The notes under the pieces are model-generated. The model saw only the letters and a program-made list of their open reading frames with translations, was not told where the DNA came from and made no database searches. DNA of 64,000 nt from Opitutales bacterium (GTDB taxonomy: Bacteria > Verrucomicrobiota > Verrucomicrobiia > Opitutales > UBA953): the NCBI GenBank assembly GCA_040398005.1, contig JBBAUX010000003.1, forward strand, positions 21,855 to 85,854, read 5' to 3'. The translations under genes and the position numbers were made by a program. Below, one piece after another: positions 22,454 through 33,191 of this stretch. Positions within the stretch are counted from its first letter, which is position 1. Every line of letters begins with the position of its first letter.

Positions 22454-23443
22454 ATGACCGAACCCACGACGCAGCCCGTTGCCGCCGTGGTGGCTGAATT
22501 ACTAACCAAGCGATACGGTTCACTCACCGCGATTGAAGATTTATCCTTCACCGTAGCACCCGGTGAGATTGTCGGATTTTTAGGTCCGAATGGTGCGGGT
22601 AAATCGACGACCATGAAAATTTTGGCGGGCACGATGGCAGGCACTTCAGGCCGGGCGACCATCTGGGGAGAATCGGTTTCACTGAATCCCTCCGCCGCGA
22701 AAAGCCATTTGGCCTACATGCCAGAAAATAATCCACTGCCCGATGATTTACGCGTCGAAGAATATTTAACGCTGCGCGCAAAACTGAAGAACGTGGAAAG
22801 TAATGACGTGCAAGCACGCGTCGAAAAAGTGATGATAGATTGTGATTTAATCCGCCGCGCTAAAGGTCGACTCATTGGACAACTCTCCAAAGGATTTCGT
22901 CAACGGGTTGGCATTGCCGATGCCCTGCTCGCTCAACCGAAAGTTATTATTTTAGACGAGCCGACGATTGGCCTGGATCCCCATCAAATTTTAGGAATTC
23001 GCGATTTGATTCGTTCGCTGCGCGGACAAATGGCCGTTCTCATTTCGAGTCACATTCTACATGAAGTCGAACAGGTCTGTGACAAAGTCGTAATTATTAA
23101 TCGTGGACGCTTAGTGGCTCAAGGTAAGACCGAGGACTTACGGCGCGAACTTTTACCCAACGCCGTCTTTAAACTGACGAGCAACACTCCCCTCGCCCAA
23201 CTTTTGGAAATTTGCTTACCCATTGAGAGTGCAACCAAAATTGAAATTCAAGAAAGCTTGGATGGAGGCTGGGTTCGTTACCAAATTACTATTCCCACTC
23301 AATCCGCGATCAGAGAAAATTTAGCAGCTCATTTAATTAAAGCCGGCGTGGCGTTACGCGAAATCGCCGAAGAACATTACGGCTTAGAAGATATTTTTTT
23401 AGCGGCCACACGACGAACCACGAACGACGGATTAAAAAACTAA
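22454..23443 (+). CDS. ABC transporter ATP-binding protein (ABC-2/GldA-like)
   Basis: Walker A GPNGAGKST, signature LSKGFRQR, Walker B ILDEPTIGLD. It starts 1 nt after the upstream stop. Confidence 0.9.
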   Translation: MTEPTTQPVAAVVAELLTKRYGSLTAIEDLSFTVAPGEIVGFLGPNGAGKSTTMKILAGTMAGTSGRATIWGESVSLNPSAAKSHLAYMPENNPLPDDLRVEEYLTLRAKLKNVESNDVQARVEKVMIDCDLIRRAKGRLIGQLSKGFRQRVGIADALLAQPKVIILDEPTIGLDPHQILGIRDLIRSLRGQMAVLISSHILHEVEQVCDKVVIINRGRLVAQGKTEDLRRELLPNAVFKLTSNTPLAQLLEICLPIESATKIEIQESLDGGWVRYQITIPTQSAIRENLAAHLIKAGVALREIAEEHYGLEDIFLAATRRTTNDGLKN

Positions 23444-23444
23444 A

Positions 23445-24206
23445 ATGCGACACTTTAAAACATTACTTTTGCATGAACTAAAGGTCGCGATGTACTCTTG
23501 GAATACTTGGGCGACGGCGGGTCTTTTTTTAACTCTGATGGGGACCATTTATTGGTTCGCGTTGTTGGAATGCAGTCGATCACCCCAATCGTGGACGCCG
23601 GTTGAAGGAACCTTTAAATTATTTTGGCTTCCCCTACTTTGTATTTTACCGTTGCTCACAATGCGGAGTTTTTCGGAGGAACGTCGCGCGGGTACACTCT
23701 CATCGCTCCTCACGACACCCGCGAGCATTGCGGCCATTGTCTGGGCAAAGTTTTTGTCGGCCTGGATTACCTGGGTAATATTTTGGCTAGGATTTATTCC
23801 TTTCACTGTGCTGGTGAATCTTCGTCTGGGTTCAGTCAATGAACAGCGACTCAGTGATCCGAGTGTTCTCATCGGCGCGCTTTCTTTTATTTTCATGAGC
23901 GGACTGCTCCACGTAGCCATCGGGATTTTATGCAGCTGCCTCACGCGCAGTTCGGCCCTCGCCGCCTTGCTCACCTTTATCATGCTACTCGGTCTGACTG
24001 CCGCAGGCGGAGCTTTAGAATCTTTACCGATTGAAAGTTGGACGTGGCTCGGTTGGTTGCGCGAGCCTGCTTCCCATTTAAGAACATTCGGACACCTTCA
24101 AGATTTCGCTGCGGGCGTGATCGATTCTCGTCCCTTAGTTCTTTATATCACTGGAAATTTATTATGCCTAGGGTTGGCTGTTTTAGCCGTGGAGGGCCAA
24201 GAGTAA
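23445..24206 (+). CDS. ABC-2-type transporter permease (GldF-like)
   Basis: Six predicted TM helices and an ABC-2 permease size of 253 aa. The gap from the ATPase gene is 1 nt. Confidence 0.75.
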   Translation: MRHFKTLLLHELKVAMYSWNTWATAGLFLTLMGTIYWFALLECSRSPQSWTPVEGTFKLFWLPLLCILPLLTMRSFSEERRAGTLSSLLTTPASIAAIVWAKFLSAWITWVIFWLGFIPFTVLVNLRLGSVNEQRLSDPSVLIGALSFIFMSGLLHVAIGILCSCLTRSSALAALLTFIMLLGLTAAGGALESLPIESWTWLGWLREPASHLRTFGHLQDFAAGVIDSRPLVLYITGNLLCLGLAVLAVEGQE

Positions 24207-24207
24207 A

Positions 24208-25728
24208 ATGAGCAAGCCACGTGATGATTTTAGCATTGTGCGTCCCATCCGCAGATTGAATCGCTTAACCCAAACGATTCTGGCGATTGGCCTCGCACTC
24301 ATGGTTAATTTTTTAGCCGAACAAAGTGACTTTCGTTTTCGCTATGACTTAACCACGGATCGCCGCCACTCGCTATCCGCTGAATCCGTCGAAACCATTA
24401 AAGTGGCGAGCCGGAAAAGCCCGGTCGGAAATAATAAAAATAAAAACTGGGTGAGAGCACTCGTGCTTAATGATAATTTTTCGGAGAATGACGTTTCCCT
24501 GCGCGTGCAACTGGGAAAATTATTAGAAGCGTACAAACTTGAATCGAGCAAAGAAGGTAATGAATGGTTTAATGTAACCCAAATCAGCAGTGGATTGAAT
24601 CAGGAATTATTATCCGAGGTGGCGGCGCAAAATGGTCCACCCGCTCGCAATACAGTCTTAATTATTATCTCCGGTACTCGCGTAAAATATGTGAGTTTGG
24701 CGGAGTTGGTTGAGGTCACTCCCAGTAACCAGGCCCTATTTAAAGGTGAGTCCGTGGTAACCTCGGCGTTGCTGGAAGTGACTGAAGAGCGACCGGCGAT
24801 GGGCTATATCATTAAAGGTCACGGAGAATTGGGACTGGATGACTCTTCACCCTTACGCGGCATGTCGCAGCTGTCCCGACAATTACGAAATCGGAATTTC
24901 ACCCTGCGGACGCTGGATCTAACCACGAGTAAGGAAATTCCGCGCGATACTTCGGTCTTATTCATCATGGGTCCACAAATTGCATTTTCGCCACTCGAAG
25001 TAGAATTAATAAAAAATTATTTATATGAAAGAAATGGTCGGGTCTTAGTACTACTCGAACCCGCTCGCACACATGGCCTCGATACGATTTTAAGTGACTG
25101 GGCAATTTTTTCTCCCGACTGCGAACTACAGGAGCTGGATACCTCGGGACGTTCGGCGGAAGGCGATATTGTGCTACGTCGCCTAGTCGATAAGCCGAAT
25201 GCGCTCACGCGCGTTCTCCAGGAACAAGATTTGCCCATCATCGGCTCTCGTTTCAGAAATGTTAAGTTTGATGACGGGAGCACTCCCGATAGCACTCTTT
25301 CCGTTACTCCGCTTATTTTTAGTTCGGATAATTCATGGGGCGAAACCGATTATCAACGGCGACCTTTTAAATATGATATCAACCGCGATCAACCTGGACC
25401 GCTGAGCGTGGCGGTGGCTGCCGAGAGAGCGGCTGGCATTCGCAAAGGCACGACCAGTTCGGGGGGGCGTTTAGTGGTCATTGGCTCATCCGACATCGCT
25501 ACGAATCAAAAAATTAATCGTGGGGGCAATCAGGCATTCATCATTCAGGCCGCGGCTTGGTTGGCTGACCGCGATCGGGCTGTCTCGATTACCCCTCGTA
25601 TTGCTAGTGCCTATCAAATTACCGCCACGGCGGCAGACTTTTGGGCCCTGGCCCTTCGCTTTGGTTGTATTCCGGCAATTGTTTTAGCACTCGGGCTTGC
25701 GATTTCTATTTGGCGTCGCAGAAATTAA
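24208..25728 (+). CDS. GldG-like ABC-transporter auxiliary protein (ABC_transp_aux architecture)
   Basis: N-terminal and C-terminal TM anchors bracket a large extracytoplasmic domain of about 450 aa. It lies immediately after the ABC-2 permease, as in gldAFG-type loci. Confidence 0.65.
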   Translation: MSKPRDDFSIVRPIRRLNRLTQTILAIGLALMVNFLAEQSDFRFRYDLTTDRRHSLSAESVETIKVASRKSPVGNNKNKNWVRALVLNDNFSENDVSLRVQLGKLLEAYKLESSKEGNEWFNVTQISSGLNQELLSEVAAQNGPPARNTVLIIISGTRVKYVSLAELVEVTPSNQALFKGESVVTSALLEVTEERPAMGYIIKGHGELGLDDSSPLRGMSQLSRQLRNRNFTLRTLDLTTSKEIPRDTSVLFIMGPQIAFSPLEVELIKNYLYERNGRVLVLLEPARTHGLDTILSDWAIFSPDCELQELDTSGRSAEGDIVLRRLVDKPNALTRVLQEQDLPIIGSRFRNVKFDDGSTPDSTLSVTPLIFSSDNSWGETDYQRRPFKYDINRDQPGPLSVAVAAERAAGIRKGTTSSGGRLVVIGSSDIATNQKINRGGNQAFIIQAAAWLADRDRAVSITPRIASAYQITATAADFWALALRFGCIPAIVLALGLAISIWRRRN

Positions 25729-25734
25729 GGCTCT

Positions 25735-27576
25735 ATGCGGATTGCCCGCTCCACCCTTATCTTATTTGTCGCCAACCTCCTGGTGTTTGGGCTCGTCTGG
25801 CGTGCCAGCATCACGCACACGGTTGCGCCCATCAGTCAAAACTTACTTTTTCCTACGGGCATCACGGGTTTAGAAATTAATGATAATGGGACAAAAATCG
25901 CCTTAGAAAAAAAAGGTGCGTTTTGGTATGTAAATTCTCCCTATAAATGGGCGGCGAATTTATGGTCGGTCCAACGCATTATCGATGAACTCCGTTTTAT
26001 CGATAGCGAAAAAGGTTTTACCGTGAACGAAGTCAAAGCCAACGGGAGTAATTTAGAAACCTACGGACTGCAAAAACCGCGATGGACACTGAAGGCGGTG
26101 ACGGAGAATAACCAGACTCAAGAAATTAAAATTGGGGAAAACAAAGAAACCCGGCGATTATTTATTTTAACATCGGACAGTCAAAAAATCATTCCCGTCG
26201 CCGATGCGCTGGCCGCCGCCCTCGAGGCTAAGCCCGAGACTTATCGGGTAGATAAAGTTTTTGAAATTGCGGAATTTGAAGTCCGCGCGATTTCCACGCG
26301 GCGAAAAATAGATAACGCGGACGTGGTCACTAATCTTGCTTACGAAGAGCGGGCACGACCTGGTCGACGAGGACAAGGTGCAGAATGGCGGTTTACCGCA
26401 CCCTTTGAAACCCTCGCTGACCCTGAGAGAATCACGCAAGCCCTCTCAAATTTAGTTAATATTCGCGTTCTACAATTTGCCGAAAAAATGTCCGATGAGA
26501 TGGGCTTAGCTGATCCCGTCATCCGTCTTGCGTTAGAAGGTAGCTCCCGTCGCCAAGTTTTACTGATTGGCAAACAAGGTGTTAAAAATACCACACAGTG
26601 CTGGGCCAAACTCGACGAGAGTGATGCGGTGTTTCTGATTGAGACTAAAGATTTAGGTGGATGGTACAATCCTCGAGCTATTCTGACTTCAACTCGCCCC
26701 GTAGATTTCGATCCAGAAATCGTCACTGGATTTAATTTAAGCTCCGGTGGTCGTACCATCACCTTACACCGTCTTGAATCGACCGGCAAAGATACCCGCT
26801 GGGAAATTCCCGTCGTGCCTGGTTCTACCGCCATTCAGCGTCGAGATGGTGATAGTCAGTTAATCAAAGAATTCTTGGGCGACTTAAGTCAGCTTCGGGC
26901 AATTAATTTACGCCAAGGTGAAAAGAATTTGAATGAAACTTGGTTAATCCCTGCAGCGAGTCTACCCGCAGTGCCGTTGCACAAAGTTGAAATCGAAATT
27001 GGTGGCGAAAAAATTTCGGTTTCATTTTATCCAGGGCCCGAAAACAAACCTGCCGGAACTTATCTAGTACACCAAAAAGGGGCAGCTTTTGCTGGAGTTT
27101 GTGAAGTGTCGCTCCTACGTAATGCTTACCAAAATGTGGCTCCACAGTTTTGGAGAAATCGAGTCCTCCATGAATTAGCCACAGGCACAAAAGTGGTCGG
27201 CCTGCGCCTGGTAGAACGTAAAGATGGCAAGGTGATGGGCGAGGCGCGACTCGGACCCGACGGGAACTGGGCGGGCACGGGCAGACTCGATGCAGCTACC
27301 AGTCGTCGACTAGCCACCAGCTTAGCACAAGTGAAGGCGACTGAATTTCCCACGCGAGATATCGGCGCGGGTGAATGGAAATATTTACTACGAATCACCG
27401 ATCAGGCGGCGGCTGGATCGACCGGAGCCAGCGAATCGCTTCGTAATTACTGGTGCACTGAACCACTCAACAACACCGCCGTCTTATTGCGTGATGAGAA
27501 TGACGAGGACAGTTTCCTGCTCGACCCTACTTTAGCCGAAATTCTCATCCCACTGTTAAATAACGCCAGTCGATGA
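25735..27576 (+). CDS. DUF4340-like N-terminally anchored periplasmic protein
   Basis: N-terminal TM (STLILFVANLLVFGLVW) followed by repeated beta-rich modules. Its position after the GldG-like gene is typical of DUF4340 proteins. The assignment rests on architecture and context only. Confidence 0.5.
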   Translation: MRIARSTLILFVANLLVFGLVWRASITHTVAPISQNLLFPTGITGLEINDNGTKIALEKKGAFWYVNSPYKWAANLWSVQRIIDELRFIDSEKGFTVNEVKANGSNLETYGLQKPRWTLKAVTENNQTQEIKIGENKETRRLFILTSDSQKIIPVADALAAALEAKPETYRVDKVFEIAEFEVRAISTRRKIDNADVVTNLAYEERARPGRRGQGAEWRFTAPFETLADPERITQALSNLVNIRVLQFAEKMSDEMGLADPVIRLALEGSSRRQVLLIGKQGVKNTTQCWAKLDESDAVFLIETKDLGGWYNPRAILTSTRPVDFDPEIVTGFNLSSGGRTITLHRLESTGKDTRWEIPVVPGSTAIQRRDGDSQLIKEFLGDLSQLRAINLRQGEKNLNETWLIPAASLPAVPLHKVEIEIGGEKISVSFYPGPENKPAGTYLVHQKGAAFAGVCEVSLLRNAYQNVAPQFWRNRVLHELATGTKVVGLRLVERKDGKVMGEARLGPDGNWAGTGRLDAATSRRLATSLAQVKATEFPTRDIGAGEWKYLLRITDQAAAGSTGASESLRNYWCTEPLNNTAVLLRDENDEDSFLLDPTLAEILIPLLNNASR

Positions 27577-30317
27577 GCGAAGCCAAATCGGTAAGTCGAT
27601 TTAAAAAAATTGTCCGAGGCCTCGGGACTTCCATTTTAGTTTTCTTACTCCTCTTTCAATTACTACTTTTATGGGTAGCTAATAATCAAATTCCTGTTCG
27701 GCTACCTGAAAGTGTCAGTCAAATAATCCTCCATCAAGCCGCCCAAGAAGGGATTAAGCTGCAAGCACGTAACTTTTGGATTCAGCCAGATCTTTCTTTG
27801 GCCGTGGATGATATCATAGTGGAAATTGAGGGTATCACTGGTGAAGTGTTTACGGCCGAGCGGGTGGAATTTCAAATCTCTCCGAGTAATCTATTTTTCC
27901 TAAAAATTTCACCGCTAAGATTTAATCTCCGGGGCGGTAAAATATTTTGCCCCGCAAGCATTTCACAAATGGGCGAGAAGCATCTTTTACTGGAAGACCT
28001 GCGAATCGATTTAGTACGCAAAGGAAATTGGCTGACAGCGCCTATTTGCCGCACGCGGACGGGTAATTTTGTTGTTTCACTGGAAGGTGAATTACCGCTT
28101 AACCTTTTAAGTATTCAAAATAATCTCTTAGAGGGATCCACGCAGCCGACGGTAACCATCGCTCAGTCTACCCGCAGATACTTAAGCGCTCTGGAAGAAA
28201 TAGTGGCACTGGCCAAAGAAGCAGGAGGGGGCTCGATTCAAATGGATGCCAATGGTAAGGCCACGGGCGGAGCAGAACTTAAACTCCAAGCCGTGTTAGC
28301 TAATCACGTGAGCACAACGAGTATCGCAAACTTTCAAGCACGCACCTTAGAGATACTTGGCCGCATTCAAATCAACAAGAAAGGACTCATTGAACAATGG
28401 TCACTGCAAAGTGCGGTAGATTATTTAAGTTATAAAAACTATAGCATTAAACATATCCTGGTTGAAATGAGTGGAGCGGATCAAAATCGCTCGATCACTG
28501 GACACATTATTGGGGTCGACGGTTCCCTGCCCCAATTAGACGGTATTCAATTCTGGGCGAAGTTTACGCCGCAACGGATTAATGAAATGGCCGGCATTCG
28601 AGCAGTTTTCGAAAGTCAGAGCCGCGAGTCCGAAGCCGTGGGTGAACTCAGTTGGATAAACTCGGCGACTAGTCCGGTGGGTGATTTCTCCTGGAAAATT
28701 AATTATGCGCAAATCTCTGCCAGCGAGTTGAATGCGTTTTCGAGTATCAAAGAGCTACTTAAACAATCGCGCGTTAAACTGGATGGCTACATCGGTTTAT
28801 CGCAAACCCAGATTGAACATGGCCAACAATTTAAGTGGGCCGAAGGTGAAATCAGTTTCACCGGTTTAGACGCCCTCGGCATCAGTCAAAAAAGTCTGTC
28901 GTCGAATCAGGACCTCGCGATGGTCACCCGATTTTCTTTTTCGCCTGAGCGGAAGCCCTTCCCGCTTCAATTAAGAAACTTACAACTCACCACGATACGC
29001 GGCGAGTTGGATTGTGCCTTGGAACCCAGAGGCGAATTTAATTTGCGACTCCGCGGCGATGTTCACCCCGATACTCTCAATGAAATCCTGGGACAGTGGT
29101 GGGTTGATACGTGGAAAATGTTTGAGATTAAAAAAAATCCTCGGGCGACAATCGATGTGGTTGGGCGCTGGGGAAACCTATCGGCGGATGTTAAAGGGCG
29201 GGTCCGCATGGATGATTTCACTTTATTAACTGCACCTTTTCGGCGGGTGACGCTATCCGTAGATACCAGTTCGGAATACACTCGAATTGGGATTGAAGAA
29301 TTAGCTGGAGGAAAGTCGGAAGAGGATGGCGCAGTGCATGGGAGTGTGGCGTGGGATTGGCGTAAACCCGCCGCGCTGGCTGGTCCGGTGATTTCTTTGC
29401 GGGGCAATCTGCAGCCGTGGATTGCGGCGGACTGCAGTGCGGATAACATTGCTGAAATTTTGAAAAAGATTGAGCTACCCGGGAGTCATTCATTTGACCT
29501 ATTCGTTACGCCTACGGAAAATGGACTAAATGTTGAGGCGAACGCGGAATGCATCGAGCCGTTTAAAGCATGGGGAGTTGAGAGTCGAAATTTCAAAATC
29601 AATGTAGTGAGTAAGAATAATATTATTTCGGCGCGTTCGAGTTTTATTCTGGCGGATGGAAATGTGAAATTCGAACTCAACGGAAAAACGCCTCACGAAG
29701 CGGAAATCTTTTTAGAACTAAAAAACTGTGATACTTTAAAAATCACGCGCCTGACTGAAAAATTAAAAGGCGTTAAGGCTGGATCAGTGGAAATGTTTAA
29801 ACCCGAATCTAACCTAAACTTTGACTTCCATGGTACCGTGGATATCGATAACCCCACGGAGGTTAAAGGCCTTGGGTCATTTGATCTCTATAGCCCCGAT
29901 TTAAAAAAAATCCGCTTGCTCGGAGGACTGTCGACTATTCTAGAATCCCTCGGCATCGAAGCCACCACCTACACGCTTGACCACATCAACGGCCACTTCG
30001 GGTGTGCAGAGGGCACGGCTTACTTTCCTGACCTCATGATTATGGGATCTCAGTCCTATCTTGGCCTCAATGGGGAGGTTCATCTTAAGGATTCTGAAGT
30101 GGATTTTAACGGTCAGTTCACGGTTCCAAAGTCTAGTAGCTCTACCCCCCTACAATTACTGAATTTGAGCCGAAATCTGGTAAATAATACCAAAATTACG
30201 GTAAAAGGGCCTATTTCGACCCCAAAAAGCGATGCCAATCCGCCCTGGTTGTCATTATTCTTTAAGTCCATTATTAAGAAAGACTTAGGTAAAATTCCTG
30301 ATAGTTTGATGGAATGA
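27573..30317 (+). CDS. AsmA/TamB/YhdP-like giant envelope protein (914 aa)
   Basis: N-terminal TM (ILVFLLLFQLLLLWVA) and a long beta-rich body. The AsmA-type C-terminal segment is YTLDHINGHFGCAEGTAYFPDLMIMGSQSYLGLNGEVHLKDSEVDFNGQFTV. An ATGA start/stop overlap links it to the upstream gene. Confidence 0.5.
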   Translation: MSEAKSVSRFKKIVRGLGTSILVFLLLFQLLLLWVANNQIPVRLPESVSQIILHQAAQEGIKLQARNFWIQPDLSLAVDDIIVEIEGITGEVFTAERVEFQISPSNLFFLKISPLRFNLRGGKIFCPASISQMGEKHLLLEDLRIDLVRKGNWLTAPICRTRTGNFVVSLEGELPLNLLSIQNNLLEGSTQPTVTIAQSTRRYLSALEEIVALAKEAGGGSIQMDANGKATGGAELKLQAVLANHVSTTSIANFQARTLEILGRIQINKKGLIEQWSLQSAVDYLSYKNYSIKHILVEMSGADQNRSITGHIIGVDGSLPQLDGIQFWAKFTPQRINEMAGIRAVFESQSRESEAVGELSWINSATSPVGDFSWKINYAQISASELNAFSSIKELLKQSRVKLDGYIGLSQTQIEHGQQFKWAEGEISFTGLDALGISQKSLSSNQDLAMVTRFSFSPERKPFPLQLRNLQLTTIRGELDCALEPRGEFNLRLRGDVHPDTLNEILGQWWVDTWKMFEIKKNPRATIDVVGRWGNLSADVKGRVRMDDFTLLTAPFRRVTLSVDTSSEYTRIGIEELAGGKSEEDGAVHGSVAWDWRKPAALAGPVISLRGNLQPWIAADCSADNIAEILKKIELPGSHSFDLFVTPTENGLNVEANAECIEPFKAWGVESRNFKINVVSKNNIISARSSFILADGNVKFELNGKTPHEAEIFLELKNCDTLKITRLTEKLKGVKAGSVEMFKPESNLNFDFHGTVDIDNPTEVKGLGSFDLYSPDLKKIRLLGGLSTILESLGIEATTYTLDHINGHFGCAEGTAYFPDLMIMGSQSYLGLNGEVHLKDSEVDFNGQFTVPKSSSSTPLQLLNLSRNLVNNTKITVKGPISTPKSDANPPWLSLFFKSIIKKDLGKIPDSLME

Positions 30318-30381
30318 GATGTTGATTAGTTGCTAGGACCCGATGTATCTATCGTGAAACCCCCTCACGGAGGACAAAACA

Positions 30382-30852
30382 TTGGACCTAACTAAGATCA
30401 AACAAGTCGTGGATTTAATGAAGAAATCGGACCTTTCCGAATTCGAAATCCAAGACCAAGAATTCAAATTACGCATCAAGCGTGATGTGGGTGGACGTGC
30501 TGCGCCCGTAGCATCCGCCCCAGCGGCACCCGTTGCCTATACACCTGCTACGGCAAGTGCACCCAGCCCAGCGGTTGCCCCAGCTCCTGCGGCAGTGGTA
30601 GCTGACCCCAACGTCAAAACTATCAATTCACCCATGGTCGGGACCTATTACTCCACCCCTTCACCCGAGAACCCAGCCTTCGTGGTCGTCGGTTCACAGG
30701 TTAAGGTGGATAGCACCGTTTGTATCATCGAAGCGATGAAGGTGATGAATGAGATTCCTTCTGAAATCGCTGGCACGATTGTTGAATGTCTCGTGGCCAA
30801 TGGAACATCCGTGGAATTCGGCCAGCCCCTCTTCCGCGTGAAGGTAGGCTGA
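30382..30852 (+). CDS. accB: Acetyl-CoA carboxylase biotin carboxyl carrier protein
   Basis: Ala/Pro linker and biotinylation motif [11 protein letters not shown]. The start is TTG. Confidence 0.9.
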   Translation: MDLTKIKQVVDLMKKSDLSEFEIQDQEFKLRIKRDVGGRAAPVASAPAAPVAYTPATASAPSPAVAPAPAAVVADPNVKTINSPMVGTYYSTPSPENPAFVVVGSQVKVDSTVCIIEAMKVMNEIPSEIAGTIVECLVANGTSVEFGQPLFRVKVG

Positions 30853-30868
30853 TTACCGAATTTATCCG

Positions 30869-32245
30869 ATGAATAAAATCCTTATCGCCAATCGTGGCGA
30901 AATCGCCCTTCGCATTATTCGTGCCTGCCGTGAGCTAGGCATCAAGACCGTCGCGGTTTACTCTCAAGCTGACGAACAGTCGATGCACGTTCAGTTAGCC
31001 GACGAGGCTGTGTGTATCGGACCAGCACCGAGCAAAGATTCTTACCTCCGCGAGGATCGTATTATTTCTGCCGCCGAGATTACTAACGTAGATGCGATTC
31101 ACCCGGGCTACGGATTTTTATCCGAACGCGCAGGCTTCGCTGAAAAGTGTGCGTCTGCTAATATTAAATTTATTGGTCCCCGTCCTGAAGCGATTCGGAT
31201 GATGGGTGACAAAGCCGTGGCCCGTCAGACCGCTGCTAAATATAAGGTTCCTACGGTTCCTGGCACCGATGGTCCCGTGGATAATCAACGTGAAGCGGTT
31301 AAGGAAGCTCAACGGATTGGTTTTCCGGTCATCATTAAAGCCGTCGCGGGTGGGGGCGGAAAAGGGATGCGCATTGTACACAATGCTGCCGCTTTCGGTA
31401 AGGAATTTGAAGCCGCCCGAGCTGAAGCCGAAAAAGCTTTTGGAAATGGTTCGGTTTATATTGAAAAATATATCGAACAACCTCGTCACATTGAGTTTCA
31501 GATGTTGGCCGATGAACACGGTAAAGTCATTCACCTCGGTGAACGCGATTGCTCAGTGCAGCGTCGCCACCAAAAACTCATTGAAGAATCACCCTCTCCT
31601 TTCCTCACCCCGAAACTACGTGAAGAAATGGGTAAAGTGGCAGTGCGCTTAACGGAATCGATTGGCTACCATAACGCAGGCACAATCGAATTCCTGGTCG
31701 ATAAGAATGGGAAGTACTACTTCATGGAAATGAACACCCGTATTCAAGTAGAACACGGTGTGACGGAAGAAGTCACCGACATCGACTTAGTTCGCCGACA
31801 AATTTTAATCGCTTGTGGAGAAAAGTTAGAGCTTAACCAAAAAGATATTAAAATCACTGGCCACGCGATTGAGTGTCGAATCAACGCCGAAGACCCTGCG
31901 CGTAACTTCGCCCCCAGCCCTGGAACGATCGGACTTTATTACACTCCCGGTGGTCATGGTGTTCGCGTAGACTCCCACTGTTACTCCGGTTACACGATTC
32001 CTCCTACTTACGATTCCATGGTGGCTAAACTTATCTCGGTCGGCTCCAACCGTCAGAAAGCTCTCGACCGTATGCACCGCGCCTTGGGTGAATATATCAT
32101 TCGCGGTATCCATACCACCATTCCCGTTTGTCGTTCGATTATGAAAGATCCCGTGTTCCGCCAAGGAGGTGCGACCACGAAGTATCTGGAAGATTTCTTT
32201 GAACGCACTCCTAAGGAACTCTGGTCAGCCTCACCGCTGAGTTGA
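30869..32245 (+). CDS. accC: Acetyl-CoA carboxylase biotin carboxylase subunit
   Basis: Begins [20 protein letters not shown]. Contains [20 protein letters not shown] and other typical AccC motifs. Confidence 0.95.
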   Translation: MNKILIANRGEIALRIIRACRELGIKTVAVYSQADEQSMHVQLADEAVCIGPAPSKDSYLREDRIISAAEITNVDAIHPGYGFLSERAGFAEKCASANIKFIGPRPEAIRMMGDKAVARQTAAKYKVPTVPGTDGPVDNQREAVKEAQRIGFPVIIKAVAGGGGKGMRIVHNAAAFGKEFEAARAEAEKAFGNGSVYIEKYIEQPRHIEFQMLADEHGKVIHLGERDCSVQRRHQKLIEESPSPFLTPKLREEMGKVAVRLTESIGYHNAGTIEFLVDKNGKYYFMEMNTRIQVEHGVTEEVTDIDLVRRQILIACGEKLELNQKDIKITGHAIECRINAEDPARNFAPSPGTIGLYYTPGGHGVRVDSHCYSGYTIPPTYDSMVAKLISVGSNRQKALDRMHRALGEYIIRGIHTTIPVCRSIMKDPVFRQGGATTKYLEDFFERTPKELWSASPLS

Positions 32246-32265
32246 GGCCCAAGGAAAAAATCGCC

Positions 32266-33189
32266 ATGAGCTCTAGCTCTCGTCTCCGCAGTACAGAAAG
32301 TAAAAAACTGCGAACGGGTGGCGACTATCTGCAATTCGCGAATAAATTATTAAAGGCGAAGGGCGTGGCCCACGGACAAGGCTTTGTCGACGAACAAGAG
32401 GAGTCGCTGACCCTCATGTCAGCTGCCACCGGGCTGGCTTGGGAAAAATTGCCTCAGTGCTTTAAGCGTGAGCTAACGGAAAAAGAAAAAAATCGCTTTG
32501 TCGAGTTACTCGGTCGACGCATTTTGGAACGAATACCCACGGCTTATCTCATCGGAGAAGCTTGGCTCGGTGGATTAAAATTTAAAGTGGATGAACGCGT
32601 CATCATTCCGCGGTCGTACTTCGTGGAACTGATTCCCGAAATTATCCCGCAATGGTTGCCACCGGTTAAAACGATAAAGCGCGTTGCTGATATCTGTACG
32701 GGATCTGGCTGCCTTGCCATCTTACTGGCTAAATATTTCCCCAACGCTCAAGTGGATGCGACGGATCTTTCGGGCGATGCCCTCGAGGTTGCAAAAATTA
32801 ATGTTAAAAAGCACCGCTTAGAAAAACGCGTGAAGCTATTTAAGACCGACACCATGACCGCGCTGATGTCGGGTAAAAATTACGACCTCATTGTAAGCAA
32901 TCCGCCTTACGAACCAGAGTCGGTTTATAAAAAACTGCCCGAAGAATTTAAAAAAGAACCTAAGATTTCTTTAGTATCAGAGAAAGACGGGCTGGGAGTC
33001 ATTCGGAAATTACTGAAACAAGCGGCGAAGAAATTAAATCCGAATGGTATTTTGTTAATTGAAGTAGGTGGATTGCGTAAGGCCATACATAAGCATTGGC
33101 CGAAGTTGCCCATGGTTTGGTTGGCCACGCAAGATGGACTGGATTGCGTGTGCTTAATCGCAGCGCGTGACTTACAAAAATTAAAATAA
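32266..33189 (+). CDS. prmB: Ribosomal protein L3 N5-glutamine methyltransferase (HemK-family, PrmB-like)
   Basis: Contains a DICTGSGCLAI SAM motif and an NPPY catalytic motif (IVSNPPYEP). The N-terminal HGQGF..DE segment resembles PrmB. The ATG at 32266 is preferred over the track start at 32242. Confidence 0.7.
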   Translation: MSSSSRLRSTESKKLRTGGDYLQFANKLLKAKGVAHGQGFVDEQEESLTLMSAATGLAWEKLPQCFKRELTEKEKNRFVELLGRRILERIPTAYLIGEAWLGGLKFKVDERVIIPRSYFVELIPEIIPQWLPPVKTIKRVADICTGSGCLAILLAKYFPNAQVDATDLSGDALEVAKINVKKHRLEKRVKLFKTDTMTALMSGKNYDLIVSNPPYEPESVYKKLPEEFKKEPKISLVSEKDGLGVIRKLLKQAAKKLNPNGILLIEVGGLRKAIHKHWPKLPMVWLATQDGLDCVCLIAARDLQKLK

Positions 33190-33191
33190 TT

